From the IMG/VR virus record IMGVR_UViG_2541047918_000003: a DNA stretch of 47,928 nucleotides; one strand, written 5' to 3'. Positions within the stretch are counted from its first letter, which is position 1; each line of letters starts with the position of its first letter. Below are positions 45,760 through 47,928 of this stretch, one piece after another. This stretch comes from a virus. Taxonomy: Duplodnaviria; Heunggongvirae; Uroviricota; Caudoviricetes. The notes under the pieces are model-generated. The model was not told where the DNA came from and ran no database searches. It was given only the letters and a program-made list of their open reading frames with translations. A program made the translations under genes and the position numbers.

Positions 45760-46467
45760 TCAAAGTGCTTTGCTGTATTTCTGAGAAATCTTCGTTAACT
45801 GCTCAATATCAGCCTGCATAGCAACCTTCTTCTGCGTTTCATAGTCACTAATAATCGCTTTCATGCTATCAAGTTCTTTTTTAAGCTTTTGCTTTAACTT
45901 ATCCAGTTTACCGGAATAATGCTTAGTCAAATTAGCTTCAGCTAACTGAAGAATCTCTTCATCTGTTTTATCACTCATCAGAATAAATTGACCAGAACCC
46001 CTTAATGCTTGTCTGACATCAATTAACCGGAACCCTTCAGGGATACTTTGAAGAACTTTAGGAACGTCTTCAATCGCTGTACCAAAACCATCATTAAAGT
46101 TTCCTTCATAATAGATAAACGGGTTTGACTTAATCTCGTAAGCAATATCATATTCTGAAGGTTTCGAGGTTTCTTCGAAGTTCTTAACCGCATCGTAAGC
46201 AATATCAAGTTTAATTCTTTGTGCTTTCAGTAGTGGGTAATATTCACGCTCAAGCTCAAGTAATGATTCAGTTTTGCATACATCAGGCATCTCTTGAGGT
46301 TCAGGAGTCACAAAGATGATTTCCTTTGGTGACATCTTTAACTCTTGCTCAAGTGCAATTCTTTCATCGTGCTCTTTGCGCTGAATAGCGATAGCTGGAT
46401 GTTCAGTCTGTGGTGACCAGTCACCGAAGCTATCAATCTTTTTACCGTTAATATATAGATTTTCCAT
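45760..46467 (-). CDS. hypothetical protein (235 aa)
   Basis: Start MENLYINGKK at the ATG at 46467 with GAGGAAAA upstream; coiled-coil C-terminus. Confidence 0.5.
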   Translation of the reverse strand: MENLYINGKKIDSFGDWSPQTEHPAIAIQRKEHDERIALEQELKMSPKEIIFVTPEPQEMPDVCKTESLLELEREYYPLLKAQRIKLDIAYDAVKNFEETSKPSEYDIAYEIKSNPFIYYEGNFNDGFGTAIEDVPKVLQSIPEGFRLIDVRQALRGSGQFILMSDKTDEEILQLAEANLTKHYSGKLDKLKQKLKKELDSMKAIISDYETQKKVAMQADIEQLTKISQKYSKAL

Positions 46468-46720
46468 TTCATTTTCCTCTTCTAAGTAATATTCAGTTTT
46501 TAAAAAGCACACCTGACAGCCTATCTAAACTTAGAAGAGACTTAAAAGGCGGTTTGCCAAGTATGCTTTTTAAAAGCTGAAAAAGCCCTAAACATAGGTG
46601 ATTCGGATATTCATGGAATCATCCTTATCTGTGAAGGGCTTTGGAGGTTTGCTTTATAACGTTAACGAAGTTTCAGGAAAAACTTTCTTTAAAAGTTCTG
46701 TTTAAAAACTCTTAAAGAAA

Positions 46721-46740
46721 GCCCTAATCATGATTAGGGC
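46721..46740. promoter_or_regulatory. 20-bp perfect palindrome, candidate operator
   Basis: GCCCTAATCATGATTAGGGC; the AGCCCTAA half-motif recurs at about 46585, 47006 and 47413. Confidence 0.45.
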
Positions 46741-46962
46741 AAAGCTGTAAAGGGTTCAATGAATGAATGATTAAGCACTTTTCGAGATGACCTCTCAGGT
46801 TATATAAGAGGCCATGTAGCGAAAAGCATTGCACCTTTCAGAATAACTATCCCTAGATGTAGATGGAATTGTTGAAAGAAATAAGAGAGCAATTCTCTCT
46901 ATAATTAAAATTATGTCATGCTTAAGGTTATTTGTCAACAGCTTTTTAACAGATTGGTAACA

Positions 46963-47040
46963 TTAATTCTTATTTACCGTATTACCTACCCAGCAACCAA
47001 CAAATAGCCCTAAAACCGTCCAGAGAATAACGAGTGTCAT
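46963..47040 (-). CDS. candidate 25-aa hydrophobic peptide
   Basis: MTLVILWTVLGLFVGCWVGNTVNKN; its ATG overlaps the stop of the upstream gene (TAATG). Confidence 0.25.
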   Translation of the reverse strand: MTLVILWTVLGLFVGCWVGNTVNKN

Positions 47041-47345
47041 TACATCACCTCACTGTAAGGGTTTAATTCATTCTGATAGGTCAAGAATACATTCAGCTTC
47101 AATAATTGCTCCGGGCTTAAATCAAGTCGGTTGCATTCGCTTGTGATAAATCTCTTGTAGTCTGGGTCTGTTACTTCCAGTTTATGAACAAAGTCACCAA
47201 GTTTAATTTCGTTGATTATATGCTTGTCAATATACGTTGACGCTTCAAAACAATGCATGAAATAGATATTAAAGCCCGACCTGTTCAGGTCATTAAGCCA
47301 ATTCATAGTTTCTTGGTCAACCATAACTTGCATTGAATAATTCAT
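47040..47345 (-). CDS. hypothetical protein (101 aa)
   Basis: AT-rich ORF; no family recognised. Confidence 0.4.
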   Translation of the reverse strand: MNYSMQVMVDQETMNWLNDLNRSGFNIYFMHCFEASTYIDKHIINEIKLGDFVHKLEVTDPDYKRFITSECNRLDLSPEQLLKLNVFLTYQNELNPYSEVM

Positions 47346-47491
47346 TTTTAAAATCCTTCCTGTATCGCATTCTAAGACGTTTTAACCCCTTTTTTAGACC
47401 ACTTAAGGCGATTCCCTAAGTTACCCTGATTAGGGGCTTAAAATCGCTTAGAATTCGTCTGGTAAAGCCTGAGAGATATGTTTTACTGTTT

Positions 47492-47707
47492 TTAGCTCAA
47501 GTCTGAGACTAATAGCCCCATCTGGTGACCGTAGTCTTTTAACCAGCTTTGCTTAACCGGAGCCTTCAGAGAATAGTTAGGGGCTGACAAGTGAAGATAG
47601 ATATCATCTTTGCCGTGGATGCTTCCCCATCCTTCGTATAACTCAAGCAAGTTTTCAAAATAACGAAATGCTTTATTAGTCTGAAGTTGTACTGTGATAG
47701 TTTTCAT
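47492..47707 (-). CDS. hypothetical protein (about 71 aa)
   Basis: ATG at 47707 overlaps the upstream stop; the track ORF starts 12 nt further upstream. Confidence 0.4.
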   Translation of the reverse strand: MKTITVQLQTNKAFRYFENLLELYEGWGSIHGKDDIYLHLSAPNYSLKAPVKQSWLKDYGHQMGLLVSDLS

Positions 47708-47928
47708 CAAGCACCCCATTCAGAAATAAGCTTAATTCCCTGCTCAAGCTGTTCAGGGTCGTTATAGTCGAGTATTACCAGTGGCTTTAATTCGTGTTTA
47801 AGCTGGTGGATTTGAGAGGGTTTTAATCGTTTGTTTGCTTTGAGGGTCACATCTTCAAATTCAGCATCTGCTAAATTCTGTCTGATTAGGTGGCTGCCAA
47901 GTGTGGAATATTGGAACCTGTAACACAT
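47707..47928 (-). CDS. hypothetical protein, possibly truncated at the window edge
   Basis: ORF runs to the last base of the window. Confidence 0.35.
   Translation of the reverse strand: MCYRFQYSTLGSHLIRQNLADAEFEDVTLKANKRLKPSQIHQLKHELKPLVILDYNDPEQLEQGIKLISEWGA

Larger units (their letters stand above)
40757..47928. mobile_element. second integrative element, AT-rich, serine-recombinase type; continues beyond the window
   Basis: Begins where the DUF72 reading frame breaks; large serine recombinase followed by minus-strand phage-like genes including a tape measure. Confidence 0.6.

Overview
The window is almost entirely prophage DNA. Positions 1 to about 40360 are the right-hand ~40 kb of a lambdoid prophage in inverted orientation: moron genes and a side tail fibre at the left, then lambda-type tail genes (lom, J, I, K, L, M, H, G/GT, V), an HK97-type head and packaging module, a lysis cassette (S21-like pinholin, SAR endolysin, Rz/Rz1), a three-tRNA cluster, a Q-like antiterminator, a replication module with iterons, a cI/cro-like switch, an AT-rich block of small unknown early-left genes, and xis/int. 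The integrase abuts a ~390-bp remnant of a DUF72 (yecE-like) host gene. Immediately after that remnant a second, AT-rich integrative element begins with a large serine recombinase and carries a tape-measure-like gene flanked by ~77-bp direct repeats; it runs off the window edge. No CRISPR array, rRNA, IS element or recognisable toxin or defence enzyme was found. The best candidates for something undescribed are the second element itself, a tightly coupled cluster of unknown genes ending in a membrane-protein/SPFH-lipoprotein pair in the early-left region, and a YfbU-like moron between cos and the lysis genes. All calls rest on reading the sequence and the ORF translations; no database search was run, and family assignments are from recalled motifs.
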